Shown here: piece by piece, positions 9,061-19,741 of the stretch
How positions within the stretch are numbered: position 1 is the first letter of the stretch
Layout of the letters: the number at the start of each line of letters is the position of its first letter
Origin: Opitutales bacterium
GTDB taxonomy: Bacteria > Verrucomicrobiota > Verrucomicrobiia > Opitutales > UBA2987
Reading direction: 5' to 3'
Length of the DNA stretch: 64,000 nucleotides
Assembly (NCBI GenBank): GCA_965226885.1
Contig: CBDDEL010000017.1
Location: 352,001 to 416,000, forward strand
Program-made: the position numbers and the translations under genes
Notes under the pieces: generated by a model
Seen by the model: the letters and a program-made list of their open reading frames with translations, nothing else
Database searches by the model: none
Told to the model about the DNA's origin: nothing

Positions 9061-12000
9061 ATGCCACGAAGAACTGATTTGCAAAGCATCCTCATCGTGG
9101 GGGCGGGACCGATCATCATCGGCCAGGCCTGTGAGTTCGACTACTCTGGCACCCAGGCCTGCAAAGCCCTTAAAGAAGAGGGTTTCCGGGTCATCCTAGT
9201 CAACTCGAACCCGGCCACCATCATGACCGACCCGGAACTGGCCGACGCTACTTATATTGAACCGGTCACCCCAGAAATGGTCGCCCTTATCGTGGAGAAG
9301 GAGCGCCCCGATGCCATCTTGCCGACGGTGGGGGGACAGACGGGGCTCAATACCGCCATGTCCTTGTTCCGGGACGGCACTCTCGAGCAGTTCGGGGTGG
9401 AAATGATCGGAGCCAAAGCGGAAGCCATTGAGATGGCGGAGGACCGGCAGCTTTTTCAGGAGGCCATGAACCGAATCGGCCTGAGGACGCCGAAAAACGC
9501 CCTCATCAACTCGCTCTCCGGGGTCCGGCGGTTTGTGGACGAAATCGGCCTGCCAGTCATCATACGGCCCAGTTTCACCCTCGGGGGCAAAGGCAGCGGG
9601 GTAGCCACCCAGCCCCACGAATTGGATGAAACGGTTCTGCGCGGCCTGGCGGCCAGTCCGGTGGGCGAGGTCCTCATTGAAGAATCAGCGCTGGGTTGGA
9701 AAGAGTTCGAGATGGAGGTGGTGCGCGACAGCAAGGACAACACCATTATCATTTGCGCCATTGAAAATATCGACCCCATGGGCATCCACACGGGGGACAG
9801 TATCACGGTGGCTCCGGCCCTCACTTTGACTGACAAAGAATACCAAATTATGCGCAACGCCAGCATCGCGGTTTTGCGTGAAATCGGGGTCGATACGGGG
9901 GGCTCCAACGTCCAGTTCGGCATTCATCCTGAAAATGGAGAAATGGTGGTCATCGAGATGAATCCACGGGTCAGCCGCTCCTCCGCCCTGGCCTCGAAGG
10001 CAACCGGTTTTCCCATTGCCAAAGTAGCCGCCAAGCTGGCCATCGGCTATACTTTGGACGAGCTGCAAAACGACATTACGGGGATCACCCCGGCCAGTTT
10101 TGAACCGGCCATCGATTATGTGGTAGCCAAAATGCCGCGTTTTGCTTTTGAAAAATTTCCCGCCGCCGACACTGGTTTGACCACCTCCATGAAGTCGGTC
10201 GGCGAAGTTATGAGCATCGGACGGAATTTTCACGAATCCCTGCAAAAAGCTTTTCGCTCCCTCGAGACCGGGCTGACCGGGTTGAACGAAATCCACATCG
10301 AGGGCGATGGCGCCAAGAAGGCTCTGTTGAAAGCCGTCGCCCACCCCGGAGCGGATCGCCTGCGGGTCATCGCAGAGACTTTTCGCCAGGGGCTGACAAC
10401 GGAGGAAATTCATGGGGCCTGCCGAATCGATCCCTGGTTTTTGCGACGCATCGAAGAAATAGTAAAAGTGGAGGAAACTCTCCGGTCCGAGGGTTTGCCG
10501 GCGGATTTAGAGGGCCTCCACCAGCTCAAGAAAATGGGATTTTCGGACGCCCGTTTAGGGGAGTTGACCAGCCAACCTCTGGACCGTGTGGCGGACCTGC
10601 GCCGGAAACTTGGAGTAAGGCCGGTTTTCCGTCGGGTAGATACCTGCGCGGGTGAATTTCCCTCCCAGACCTCCTATCTTTATTCGGCCTATGACGGGAC
10701 GGGAACGGGGCAGCCGTTCTGCGAAGCCGATCCCTCCAATCGGGAAAAAGTGATCATCCTGGGGGGCGGCCCCAACCGGATCGGGCAGGGAATCGAGTTC
10801 GACTATTGTTGTGTGCAAGGTGTTTACGCCCTTCGCGCGGCGGGTTACGAAACCATTATGGTGAACTGCAATCCGGAAACCGTCTCCACCGATTACGACA
10901 CCGCCGACCGTCTATATTTTGAACCCCTGATGGAGGAGGAAGTCCTCGCCATCGTGGAAGCGGAGAGCAGCGCAGGTTCATTGAAAGGGATCATCGTTCA
11001 ATTCGGCGGGCAGACGCCCCTCAAGCTGGTCAAAACACTCGAGAAGAACGGGCTGCCCATTTTGGGAACCAGTCCCGATGCCATCAATCTGGCCGAAGAT
11101 CGCGACCGTTTTCAAAACCTCATCGAGTCGCTGGGGTTGAAACAACCGCCCGGCGGAATCGCTTTTTCCATCGAGGAGGCCATAGCGGAGACGGAGCGGC
11201 TGGGTTATCCGGTGCTTCTACGGCCCTCCTATGTTCTCGGTGGCAGGGCCATGGCCATTGTGCATGACCTCGAATCGCTGCTGCATTTCATCGCCCCGGC
11301 GGTGGAAGCGGCCGGAGAAAACCCGGTTTTAATCGATTCCTACCTACAGGATGCCATCGAGGTCGATGTCGATGCCTTGCGGGATGCGGAGGGTCAGGTG
11401 TTTGTGGCCGGGGTCATGGAACACATTGAGGAGGCGGGCATTCATTCGGGAGACAGCGCCTGTTCGCTGCCCCCCCACTCGCTTTGCGTGGAGGTGATCA
11501 ACGAAATAAAACGGCAAACCACTGCTCTTGCCGGGGCGCTCGAAATTTGCGGCCTCATGAATGTTCAATTCGCAGTCAAAGGGGAGGAGATTTTCGTGCT
11601 CGAGGTCAACCCCAGGGCCAGCCGCACGGCGCCGTTTGTGGCCAAAGCGACGGGTATGCAAATCGCCGGAATGGCCGCCCGTTTGATGATCGGGGAAAGG
11701 CTATGCGACATGGACATCGGGACGGAAAAGTCTTTGGGCGGGCACGTCGCGGTCAAAGAAGCCGTTTTCCCCTTCAATCGCTTTCCGGGCGTGGACATCA
11801 TTCTCGGCCCCGAAATGCGTTCGACGGGCGAGGTCATGGGGATCGATTACAGTTTCGCGTTGGCTTTTGCCAAGAGTATGCTGGCCGCGGGAACAGCATT
11901 ACCCTCCAACGGCAGGGTCTTCATTTCCGTGCGCGATGCCGACAAACCCAAGCTGGTCAATGCAGCCAGAAAATTGAGCGCGCTCGGTTTCGGCATCGTG

Positions 12001-12324
12001 GCCACCCGCGGCACGGCAAAATTTCTCGACGCCGAGGGAATCTCCACAACGGTCATCAACAAAGTGGTCGAAGGCCAGCCCCATATCGTGAAAGCCATGC
12101 TCAACGACGAGATTGATCTGGTTTTCAACACCACGGAGGGAGCCCACTCGATCCGCGACAGTTTCAGCCTGCGACGCACCGCACTGGCAAAAAACATTTC
12201 CTATTTCACCACCGCGGCCGGCGCCCAGGCCGCCGTCGAGGCCATAACGGCCCTTAGATTCGAGAAAATGCACATCGCCCCCATCCAGGAGTATTTCGTC
12301 GATCAATGCCGCGTTTCGGGTTGA
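9061..12324 (+). CDS. carB: Carbamoyl-phosphate synthase large subunit
   Basis: [40 protein letters not shown]-terminal MGS domain. Confidence 0.98.
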   Translation: MPRRTDLQSILIVGAGPIIIGQACEFDYSGTQACKALKEEGFRVILVNSNPATIMTDPELADATYIEPVTPEMVALIVEKERPDAILPTVGGQTGLNTAMSLFRDGTLEQFGVEMIGAKAEAIEMAEDRQLFQEAMNRIGLRTPKNALINSLSGVRRFVDEIGLPVIIRPSFTLGGKGSGVATQPHELDETVLRGLAASPVGEVLIEESALGWKEFEMEVVRDSKDNTIIICAIENIDPMGIHTGDSITVAPALTLTDKEYQIMRNASIAVLREIGVDTGGSNVQFGIHPENGEMVVIEMNPRVSRSSALASKATGFPIAKVAAKLAIGYTLDELQNDITGITPASFEPAIDYVVAKMPRFAFEKFPAADTGLTTSMKSVGEVMSIGRNFHESLQKAFRSLETGLTGLNEIHIEGDGAKKALLKAVAHPGADRLRVIAETFRQGLTTEEIHGACRIDPWFLRRIEEIVKVEETLRSEGLPADLEGLHQLKKMGFSDARLGELTSQPLDRVADLRRKLGVRPVFRRVDTCAGEFPSQTSYLYSAYDGTGTGQPFCEADPSNREKVIILGGGPNRIGQGIEFDYCCVQGVYALRAAGYETIMVNCNPETVSTDYDTADRLYFEPLMEEEVLAIVEAESSAGSLKGIIVQFGGQTPLKLVKTLEKNGLPILGTSPDAINLAEDRDRFQNLIESLGLKQPPGGIAFSIEEAIAETERLGYPVLLRPSYVLGGRAMAIVHDLESLLHFIAPAVEAAGENPVLIDSYLQDAIEVDVDALRDAEGQVFVAGVMEHIEEAGIHSGDSACSLPPHSLCVEVINEIKRQTTALAGALEICGLMNVQFAVKGEEIFVLEVNPRASRTAPFVAKATGMQIAGMAARLMIGERLCDMDIGTEKSLGGHVAVKEAVFPFNRFPGVDIILGPEMRSTGEVMGIDYSFALAFAKSMLAAGTALPSNGRVFISVRDADKPKLVNAARKLSALGFGIVATRGTAKFLDAEGISTTVINKVVEGQPHIVKAMLNDEIDLVFNTTEGAHSIRDSFSLRRTALAKNISYFTTAAGAQAAVEAITALRFEKMHIAPIQEYFVDQCRVSG

Positions 12325-12424
12325 TTGACCGCCACTGGATCTACTTTTCGATTATTAACGATTTGTGAAGCACTGTAGTTGATGGATTGAATACATCGCT
12401 GCCCTCTATGATTTGAGGGTAGTG

Positions 12425-12883
12425 TTAACATGACGAATGTTTGATATTGCTGTTGTATTCCCAGATGAACAAGCACAGGACGCGAAAATGCATGACCAAA
12501 GACTTCGAGAATGACAGCGTTTTACGCACATAGCGTGACAGGGACTGTCGCAAGGTATTGTTCCAGCGTTCGATATGGGCGGTTTGGCCGGATTGTTTCC
12601 CGCTGGCGCTGTTGTGAGGGAAAACCTTGTCGTAGCTTTCCCAGTAATCGCTTACGGTGGCACAGTCGCGATAGGGCTGGGCGATGTTGTGATACAACTG
12701 CCAGCACGTTTGATCGCTACGATCACCCAGAGAAAACCCGACGACCTGTCGGGTACGTCGACACAAGGCTACCCATAGCCATACCTGCCCCGAACGCTTA
12801 TCGCCCCAGAATGACCACACCTCGTCCAGTTCCAGCACATCACTACACTGGCGGGCAAGCAGAGTGGACTCCAGCTTCGGCAA
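12425..12883 (-). CDS. insB: IS1 transposase InsB part
   Basis: ELDEVWSF, SDYWESY, IERWNNTLRQ, RKTLSFSK. Confidence 0.9.
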   Translation of the reverse strand: MPKLESTLLARQCSDVLELDEVWSFWGDKRSGQVWLWVALCRRTRQVVGFSLGDRSDQTCWQLYHNIAQPYRDCATVSDYWESYDKVFPHNSASGKQSGQTAHIERWNNTLRQSLSRYVRKTLSFSKSLVMHFRVLCLFIWEYNSNIKHSSC

Positions 12884-12885
12884 AC

Positions 12886-13149
12886 TCAGGACTTTTTTTT
12901 AATCCATTCGATGACCGTCTTTGGGGCTACCCCGAAGGTACGGTAAATGGCACGCAGGCTCATCCGGTTTTGGTGCGCACGGAGCACCTGCTTGACCAGC
13001 GCCGGAGGATGCTCACGACTTTTGGGGTGAAGCCGAAACTGATAACCACACCCCTTGCATCGATACTTCTGAACCCCTTTCGGATCCTTGCCGTGCTTGA
13101 TGATGTGATCGCTTCCGCATTGAGGACATTTTACTGTGATATGGACCAT
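12886..13149 (-). CDS. insA: IS1 transposase InsA part (Zn ribbon + HTH)
   Basis: CPQC...QKYRCKGC...TVIEWIKKK. Confidence 0.9.
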   Translation of the reverse strand: MVHITVKCPQCGSDHIIKHGKDPKGVQKYRCKGCGYQFRLHPKSREHPPALVKQVLRAHQNRMSLRAIYRTFGVAPKTVIEWIKKKS

Positions 13150-13613
13150 TCCCAGTTCACAACATAATCACGCTAAAAAGTACAGCTTAAACATTCAAAA
13201 TGTTAACACTACCCATTTGAGATGTACTGTTAGAACCGTTAATAACCAATTGCCATAATGTATTGATTTGGCCTTGATATAAAAATCCTGTCCACGCTGT
13301 GATTGAACTACAGGACTCCGTTGTGCTTTCCCATAGGGTATTAAAAGTGATGGTTGTGCCATATACCCAACCGGTAACGGGGTAAGATATGTTTTGGCAT
13401 CCATAGCCTGACGCCCGATTTATATAGGTTCCCTTTAACAACCCATTACTATCAATAGCATCGATATAGAGTGTTGATCCACTTTGATTTGTCCAGGCTG
13501 AAAGCGCTTCTAAGGAAACCGGATCGTTCTCGCCTGCATATACAGAGAAACTTATCAGTGTGAATATTGATGTAATAATTGCATATTTAGTTTTCATCTT
13601 AATCAATCCTCAA

Positions 13614-13641
13614 TGATGTGCACTGGAAAAAGTGGACATCA
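13614..13641 (+). mobile_element. 28-bp stub of the IS3 type B left inverted repeat
   Basis: TGATGTGCACTGGAAAAAGTGGACA is identical over 25 nt to the IR ending at 3776, followed by TCA. Confidence 0.8.
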
Positions 13642-13757
13642 TAGGTGAAAGTGAATCGTTCGGGTGTTGTGAAGTGGACGGGGTTGTTTGGACAATTTTG
13701 ACGTGGGATTAAGGTGGAAATCGTGTTCATATTATTTTTTAAAAATATATTTTGTCC

Positions 13758-14621
13758 TTAGCCAAAGACGGGCACGCAGGTGCCCGCAAGCTGTATTGGC
13801 GGGGAGGTTGGTTTTGCTCCGATTGCATGGACTTCGGCCGGGGTCCGGTAGCCCAGGGCTTGGTGGGGGCGCAGGTGGTTGTAGAAGTCCAGGTAGCGGG
13901 CTATCCCTTCGCTGGCTTCCTTTGCCGTGGCGTATTCGCGCAGGTAAATGTCTTCATACTTGAGGGTTCTCCAAAAGCGTTCAACAAATATGTTGTCCAG
14001 GTAGCGGCCACGCCCGTCCATGCTGATGCGCACCCCGGCTTGCCCCAGCACCGAGGTGAACTCGCTGCCGGTAAACTGGCTGCCTTGATCGGTGTTGAAG
14101 ATCTGAGGTTGGGCCCGCCTCAGAGCTTCCTCCAGGGCGAGCACACAGAAGCGGCTCTCCAGGGTGTTGGAAAGCTGCCAGCTCAACACGTAGCGGCTGA
14201 ACCAGTCCAACACCACGGTCAAGAGAAGGAATCCTCGGCTCAGCCGCAGGTAAGTGATGTCGCTGCACCATACCTGGTCGGGCCGCTCGACCGCCAAACC
14301 CCGCAGCAGATAAGGGAAAATGCGGTGCTGCCGGTGCCCCTGGCTCAAGTTTCGACGCGGATAAATAGCCTCCAGGCCCATTTGGCGCATGAGCCGCTGG
14401 ATGCGGCCTCGTCCCACTGCATGGCCCTCTCGACGCAGCCACTGGGTCATCCGGCGAGAACCAAAAAACGGATATTGGGTGTAGAGCTCATCCATGCGAT
14501 GCATGTAGAGAACGTTCTGCTCGCACTGGGCACGGGCCCGATAGTAATAGCTGCCGCGGGCCAGCCCCAGCAACTGACATTGCCTGCCGATACTGATTTT
14601 TCCTTGAAGTGGTTGCACCAT
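13758..14621 (-). CDS. IS3 transposase OrfB
   Basis: Near-identical to 134-997. Confidence 0.93.
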   Translation of the reverse strand: MVQPLQGKISIGRQCQLLGLARGSYYYRARAQCEQNVLYMHRMDELYTQYPFFGSRRMTQWLRREGHAVGRGRIQRLMRQMGLEAIYPRRNLSQGHRQHRIFPYLLRGLAVERPDQVWCSDITYLRLSRGFLLLTVVLDWFSRYVLSWQLSNTLESRFCVLALEEALRRAQPQIFNTDQGSQFTGSEFTSVLGQAGVRISMDGRGRYLDNIFVERFWRTLKYEDIYLREYATAKEASEGIARYLDFYNHLRPHQALGYRTPAEVHAIGAKPTSPPIQLAGTCVPVFG

Positions 14622-14631
14622 CTTGCGCCTC

Positions 14632-14937
14632 TCACCAACCGAATTGTTCAGACTTTTTTTTTAGCCAATCGCATTCTACTTTCAGCTTTCCAATCTCCTG
14701 GTAAAGGTGATCTTTTTCCGTCTCGTTGTCCTTGCTGAGAGTCTGCCGCTGGCGCGAAAACAGCTCCGTTGCTCCCTGCAAAAGCTGCTTCTTCCATTGG
14801 GTCACCTGGTTGGGATGCACCTCAAAACGACCGGCGATCTCGTTGATGGTATGAGCGCCCCTGATGGCTTCCAGGGCCACTCGGGCTTTAAACTCAGCAC
14901 TGTATTGTCTTCTCTTTCGTGATTTAATAACATTCAT
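14632..14937 (-). CDS. IS3 transposase OrfA
   Basis: Identical to 5760-6065. Confidence 0.93.
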   Translation of the reverse strand: MNVIKSRKRRQYSAEFKARVALEAIRGAHTINEIAGRFEVHPNQVTQWKKQLLQGATELFSRQRQTLSKDNETEKDHLYQEIGKLKVECDWLKKKSEQFGW

Positions 14938-15002
14938 AGGTTAGCGGATTTAGTGGTTCAAGACCACCTTATTCCACTGTCCAGTTTTCCCCGTCCATTT
15001 CA

Positions 15003-16180
15003 TTGCGCACGATGACCGCTCCGATCTTGATTAATTTGAGCCGCAGGGTGTGGCATTGGGCCCGCGCCCACTTCGTCCCTTTTAAGGCTAACCGGCGCAT
15101 GGCTTCCATCAAGGTGTAGGCCAGCGCCGACAAGAGCAATCGCCACTGATGGGCGCTGGTGCGCTCGCTGAACAATTGCATCTGTTCCTTGATTCGGTTC
15201 TCCATTTCACCGCGGCCACAGTATACCTTGTCGTAAAGCTCCTGGGGATCGCCCGGCAGGTTCGTCACCACGAAGCGCGGGTTGGACCCCTGTGCGGTGT
15301 GTTCGGCTTTATGGATGACCAACCGCAGCCATCGCCACGAATCGGCAGCATAGACGAAGTCCTGGAATAACCGTTGTTTTTTACCCCTTAGTTCGAACCA
15401 TTCTTTGGCCTGCTTTTGCAACTGCTGGGCGTCTTGCTGCAAGCGTGCATTGCGAGCCATCCCCACGATGTAACTAACTTCGTTGCGGTCGCACCAAGAG
15501 AGTATCCGGTCTCGACAAAATCCACTGTCGGCGCGCCAAATAATCCGCGTACGGGGCCAGCTTTGGCGAATCCGTTTAACCAGCAATTTGAGGATGGCCC
15601 CGGCATGCTTGCTGGCATCGATCTTGCTCGGCCGCAGGTAGGCCACCAGCAGCTGATCACCGCAAAAAACATATAGCGGCAGAAAACAGTAATGATCATA
15701 ATAACCGTGGAAAAAACGTCCCTCCTGGAGCCCGTGCACCGGATTGTCGGTGCCGTCAAAGTCCAGGATGATCTCTTCGGGTTCCTCGGCAAAGGAGCCC
15801 ATGAACTGTTCGACCAACAGCTCGTTTACCGCAAAGGCCGCCCGCCGATCCTGCCCGTTTTCAAAACGACACAAAGTCGGCGCGCTGGCCAACGTTTCAA
15901 TGCGCCCCGTTACCGTTTGCAACAATGGATCGTGGCGCAGGGTATCAAAGTCGTTCAAATCCTCATAGCCCGCCACCAGCCCGTAAACGCGCTGCCGCAG
16001 CATCCCCAATACCTCATGGCGTACTTTGCCCTTCTGCCGTTTGTCCACTAACTGTCGGGCCGCTCGTTCGGTCAAGCCCAACTGCCGATCCACTTCCCGG
16101 ATCAAAAGCAGTCCGGCATCCGAAGTAACCTCTCCGCCCTTGAAATCAACCCGCACACGGCGGCCTTTTACCCTTGTCAA
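15003..16180 (-). pseudogene. IS1380 transposase pseudogene
   Basis: TSDAGLLL, LDFDGTD, WRADSGF, RGEMENRIKE. Start codon deleted and C-terminus cut by IS3. Confidence 0.9.
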
Positions 16181-16262
16181 CTGTAGCTTTAATTGTTGAT
16201 CTATCCTGCTGTATATCAGCAGTTAAGCATATCAACGATACTTTTTTTACGAAATATCCGGG

Positions 16263-16961
16263 CTAAAAAGATTCCTGTTAATACCCACTCTTGTTTTAAT
16301 TACCGGACACGCAGCTTCGGCCCAAACCTCGATATCGGTCGATACTTCCTTCGCCTATGAGTCGGAATATGTCTCTCGGGGCGTCCAGTTTGCCGACAAC
16401 TCTTTTCAGCCATCGGTTGAAATCGGCTATGGCGCTTTTTATTTCGGCACCTGGATCAATTCGCCCATCGTGGACCCTGATGCCCAATTCCTAAATGAAG
16501 TCGATTTTTACGGAGGATATGGTTTCGACCTGGGCGAGAAACTGAGTCTTGATGTGGGGCTCACTTATTATTGGTTTCAGGAGGAGCCGGCATCTGATGC
16601 TAAAACTCGTGAACTCTACTTAGGTGCAGCCGCGGATATTGCGCTAAGTCCAGAAGTGTATTTTTTCTATGATTTTGATCTCGATACGTTCACGGTGCAG
16701 GGCGCCTTGGGCCACAGTTTTACCTTAGGAGAAAGCGCGGACAGTCCGCTGGCCCTGGATGTAGGCACTTATTTTGGCTACGTCGCGCCCAAGTTTGGCT
16801 CCAACGGCGTTTATTTCGGGGGATCGGCCGATATCAGCTATGCCCTTTCCCCTCATACCGCATTTTCACTGGGTGTTCGAACTTCGGGAATCAGCAGCGA
16901 CATTAGCAGTGGGCGCACCGGTAACTTATGGTGGGCCATGAGTTTTTCGGCCGGTTTCTGA
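16263..16961 (+). pseudogene. TorF-family (TIGR02001-like) putative outer-membrane porin, start codon removed by IS1380
   Basis: Frame is open from the IS edge: LKRFLLIPTLVLITGHAASAQ...ESEYVSRGVQFA...QPSVE...NEVDFYGGY. Ends in beta-barrel-type SFSAGF. Confidence 0.8.
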
Positions 16962-17014
16962 AGTACCGAAGTTAAAGGTGGAGCTAATCACGGCGACCGG
17001 TATATTTATCGGTT

Positions 17015-18013
17015 GTGAATGAAATTGTAGCGCTTGGCATTGATGGGGGCGGCAGCCATTGCCGGGCGGCTTTGGTTTCGCCGCAGGGCAAGATATTCGG
17101 AGCCGGAACGGCGGGACCGGCCAATATTAAAAGCGTCGGACCGGAAAATGCTGTAGAGTCTCTTCATCAAGCTGTCACACAGGCATGGGATCATTGTGGT
17201 TCTGCCAAACGACAGGCGACTGCCGCGTTTCTTGGTTTTGCCGGAGCAGGATCGCCGGAAGATCGTGAACTATTAACCCGGGCCGTCATAGAGGCCGGGA
17301 TGGCGGCCCCCGGTTGTGTGTGGGCGGACCACGATTTGCGCATTGCCCTGGCGGGAGCACTTGGCGGCGCTCCTGGAATTGTCATCGTGGCCGGAACCGG
17401 TTCGGCGGCCTATGGACGAACTGAGAATGGCCAATCCTGGCAGGCCGGTGGCTGGGGCTGGCTGATAGACGATCCCGGTAGCGGGTATTGGTTGGGCCGG
17501 CGGGCATTGAGAGCGATTGTGCATGCCCATGATGGGCGTGGGCCCAAGACCGCCCTGGAACCGGCTGTGCTTCAAACGTTGGGGCTGCCTTCAATTGATG
17601 AACTGACGGACAAACTGTATGGTCCCGATATATTGGGGACTGCCGGCATCTCGGCCCTCGCCCCCCTGGTAACCAGGGCGGCGGAAGATGGCGACCCGGC
17701 GGCGGTGGCAATCGTGCGGGAGGGTTGCGCCGAACTTGTCCACATGGCTGCGGCGGCAGCCGAAAAACTGGGTTGGGCAAGTGGTGAATTTCCCGTATCG
17801 GCGATTGGTGGTGTGGCCCGAAGTGGAAACTATTTTGTTTCCACCCTGGAAAGCGCCCTGGCCGAGGTTTTACCCCGAGCAATCCTCCGGCAACCCATGC
17901 TGCCGCCAGTTCTCGGTGCCGTTTATTTAGCTTTACAGAAATCGGGCCAAAAATTATCTACAGATTTCTTCGCCATCCTGAGTTCCCAGCCCGAAGCTGA
18001 GGGGCTTTGGTAA
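17015..18013 (+). CDS. BadF/BadG/BcrA/BcrD-type sugar kinase (N-acetylglucosamine kinase-like)
   Basis: LGIDGGGS, IVAGTGS, GGWGWLIDDPGSGYWLG. Confidence 0.9.
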   Translation: MNEIVALGIDGGGSHCRAALVSPQGKIFGAGTAGPANIKSVGPENAVESLHQAVTQAWDHCGSAKRQATAAFLGFAGAGSPEDRELLTRAVIEAGMAAPGCVWADHDLRIALAGALGGAPGIVIVAGTGSAAYGRTENGQSWQAGGWGWLIDDPGSGYWLGRRALRAIVHAHDGRGPKTALEPAVLQTLGLPSIDELTDKLYGPDILGTAGISALAPLVTRAAEDGDPAAVAIVREGCAELVHMAAAAAEKLGWASGEFPVSAIGGVARSGNYFVSTLESALAEVLPRAILRQPMLPPVLGAVYLALQKSGQKLSTDFFAILSSQPEAEGLW

Positions 18014-18027
18014 GAGCCGGTGAAAAT

Positions 18028-19563
18028 TCAATAGGCTTTGGCGAAAAGAACCCGCCGGGGGCTGTTCTGGCCGGAAAAGGGACAAGTTCCGCCTTCATCC
18101 GCTTCATTTTCCAAGGCCAGGGGAAGGCAGCGGATGGTTACTTTGAGGTCTTGGGCTAACTGTTTCTCGACTTCAGGGGAACCGTCCCAGTGGGCCAGCG
18201 CGAAGCCGCCGTGGATTTCCGGTTTTTTTCTATTTTTGGGAGTGAAGAAATCGTAAAAATCCCCCTTCGAATTGATCTCCACTGTATTCTCATCGCGATA
18301 CTTGAGGGCTCGCTCGAAAAGTCCGCTCTGGATTTCGTCCAGAATATCCCCCACGGTTTCCACAATTTCATTGCGGTCCAAATTAGCCCGCTCACGAGGG
18401 TCGCGGTCGCGCCGCCCGAGGGAAACGGAATTGGCGGCCACATCCCGCCGGCCGATTTCGAGGCGCAAAGGGATGCCGTTTTTAACCCAATGCCACAATT
18501 TTTCCCCGCCACGCAGGTCCCGGTCGTCTAGTTCCACTTCAAGTGGTCGGCCGTGCCAATGTTTTTTATGCAGCTCTTTCCGTAAATTTTCACAATATGC
18601 GAAGACCTCGGCTCGTGTCTCCTCCTTCGGCGCAATCGGAAGAATAACGATCTGGGAGGGTGCCAGGCGGGGCGGCACGATGAAGCCGTCGTCATCGCTG
18701 TGGGTCATAATGAGGCCCCCGATGAGCCGTGTGGATACCCCCCAGGAGGTTGTCCAGGCGTGGACGCTTTCGCCTTTTTCATTGAGATATTTGATATCGC
18801 TGCCCTTGGCGAAATTTTGCCCCAGAAAATGAGACGTTCCCGCCTGCAAGGCTTTGCGGTCCTGCATCATGGCCTCAATGGAATAAGTAGTGACCGCTCC
18901 AGGAAATTTTTCGCCTTCGGTTTTTTCACCCTGGATAACCGGCATGGCCATGTATTTTTCCGAAAATTCGGCATAAATGCGCAGCATCTGCCGCGTTTCC
19001 ACGAGCGCTTCCTCCGCCGTGGCATGGACCGTATGGCCCTCCTGCCAGAGAAATTCGGTCGTCCGCAAAAAGAGGCGGGTGCGCATTTCCCAACGCACCA
19101 CGTTGCACCACTGGTTGATGAGCAGCGGTAAATCCCGGTAGCTCTGCACCCAACGCGAAAACATCTCCCCGATAATCGTCTCCGAGGTTGGGCGGACGAT
19201 GAGCGGCTCCTCCAGCGGCGAGGCTGGCACAAGTGTGCCGTCGGGCCCGGTTTCAAGCCGCGAATGAGTCACCACGGCGCACTCCTTGGCAAAACCCTCG
19301 ACATGCGCGGCCTCCTTTTCGAGGAAACTCTTGGGAATGAAAATGGGGAAGTAGGCGTTGCGATGGCCCGTCTCCTTGAACATGCGGTCCAGCTCCCGCT
19401 GCATGTTCTCCCAAAGCTCATAACCCCAGGGCTTGATCACCATGCAACCGCGCACGGGCGAATTCTCAGCCAGGTCGGCGGCCCGAATCACTTGTTGATA
19501 CCACTCCGGGTAATCCTCGACCCGAGTGGGAGAAATGGCGGGGTTTTGTTTTTTGGCGGACAT
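18028..19563 (-). CDS. proS: Proline--tRNA ligase (archaeal/eukaryote-like type)
   Basis: RPTSET, FLRTTEFLWQEGHT, QAGTSHFLGQNF, TTSWGVSTR, C-terminal FAKAY. Confidence 0.97.
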   Translation of the reverse strand: MSAKKQNPAISPTRVEDYPEWYQQVIRAADLAENSPVRGCMVIKPWGYELWENMQRELDRMFKETGHRNAYFPIFIPKSFLEKEAAHVEGFAKECAVVTHSRLETGPDGTLVPASPLEEPLIVRPTSETIIGEMFSRWVQSYRDLPLLINQWCNVVRWEMRTRLFLRTTEFLWQEGHTVHATAEEALVETRQMLRIYAEFSEKYMAMPVIQGEKTEGEKFPGAVTTYSIEAMMQDRKALQAGTSHFLGQNFAKGSDIKYLNEKGESVHAWTTSWGVSTRLIGGLIMTHSDDDGFIVPPRLAPSQIVILPIAPKEETRAEVFAYCENLRKELHKKHWHGRPLEVELDDRDLRGGEKLWHWVKNGIPLRLEIGRRDVAANSVSLGRRDRDPRERANLDRNEIVETVGDILDEIQSGLFERALKYRDENTVEINSKGDFYDFFTPKNRKKPEIHGGFALAHWDGSPEVEKQLAQDLKVTIRCLPLALENEADEGGTCPFSGQNSPRRVLFAKAY

Positions 19564-19741
19564 TGGTAAAATTTAAAAAGATGAAAACCCGCTTTCTAGG
19601 GCATCCTCGCCATTAGACAATGTTTTTGTTTTAAATTGCTGGATTGTTAAAACCTGAACCGGAATCCTTTTCAGTTGTCGTGTGCGGGGAATGACTATTA
19701 AAATTATTTTCCAATAATCTGAATTTGCTCTTTACGTAATT

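Larger units (their letters stand above)
12418..13213 (-). mobile_element. IS1-family element (796 bp)
   Basis: IR GGTAGTGTTAACAT at both ends. Flanking (G/C)ATTTGAG duplication. insA/insB with a poly-A slippery run at about 12893-12900. Confidence 0.93.
12341..13597 (-). pseudogene. Secreted avidin/streptavidin-family biotin-binding protein (shwanavidin/rhizavidin-like, about 150 aa) interrupted by IS1
   Basis: Signal peptide, then AWTNQSGSTL, GTYINRASGYGCQN, ESCSSITAWTG, TLWQLV. The C-terminus IIEGSDVFNPS...EK* resumes in frame at 12410-12341. Confidence 0.88.
13670..15002 (-). mobile_element. IS3-family element, type A, copy 3, nested in IS1380
   Basis: Same IRs as the other copies. 3-bp duplication TTG at 13667-13669 and 15003-15005. 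Confidence 0.96.
13642..16262 (-). mobile_element. IS1380-family element, copy 1 (degenerate: right end lost, IS3 inserted, two internal deletions)
   Basis: Left IR CCCGGATATTTC ends at 16262. Aligns with 30915-32481. 13642-13669 continues the IS1380 sequence on the other side of the IS3. Confidence 0.93.

Noticed and set aside
4797..15002. Composite transposon carrying amtB-carAB between IS3 copies 2 and 3
   Set aside because: Copy 3 has its own TTG duplication inside IS1380, so it inserted independently. The outer flanks do not match.
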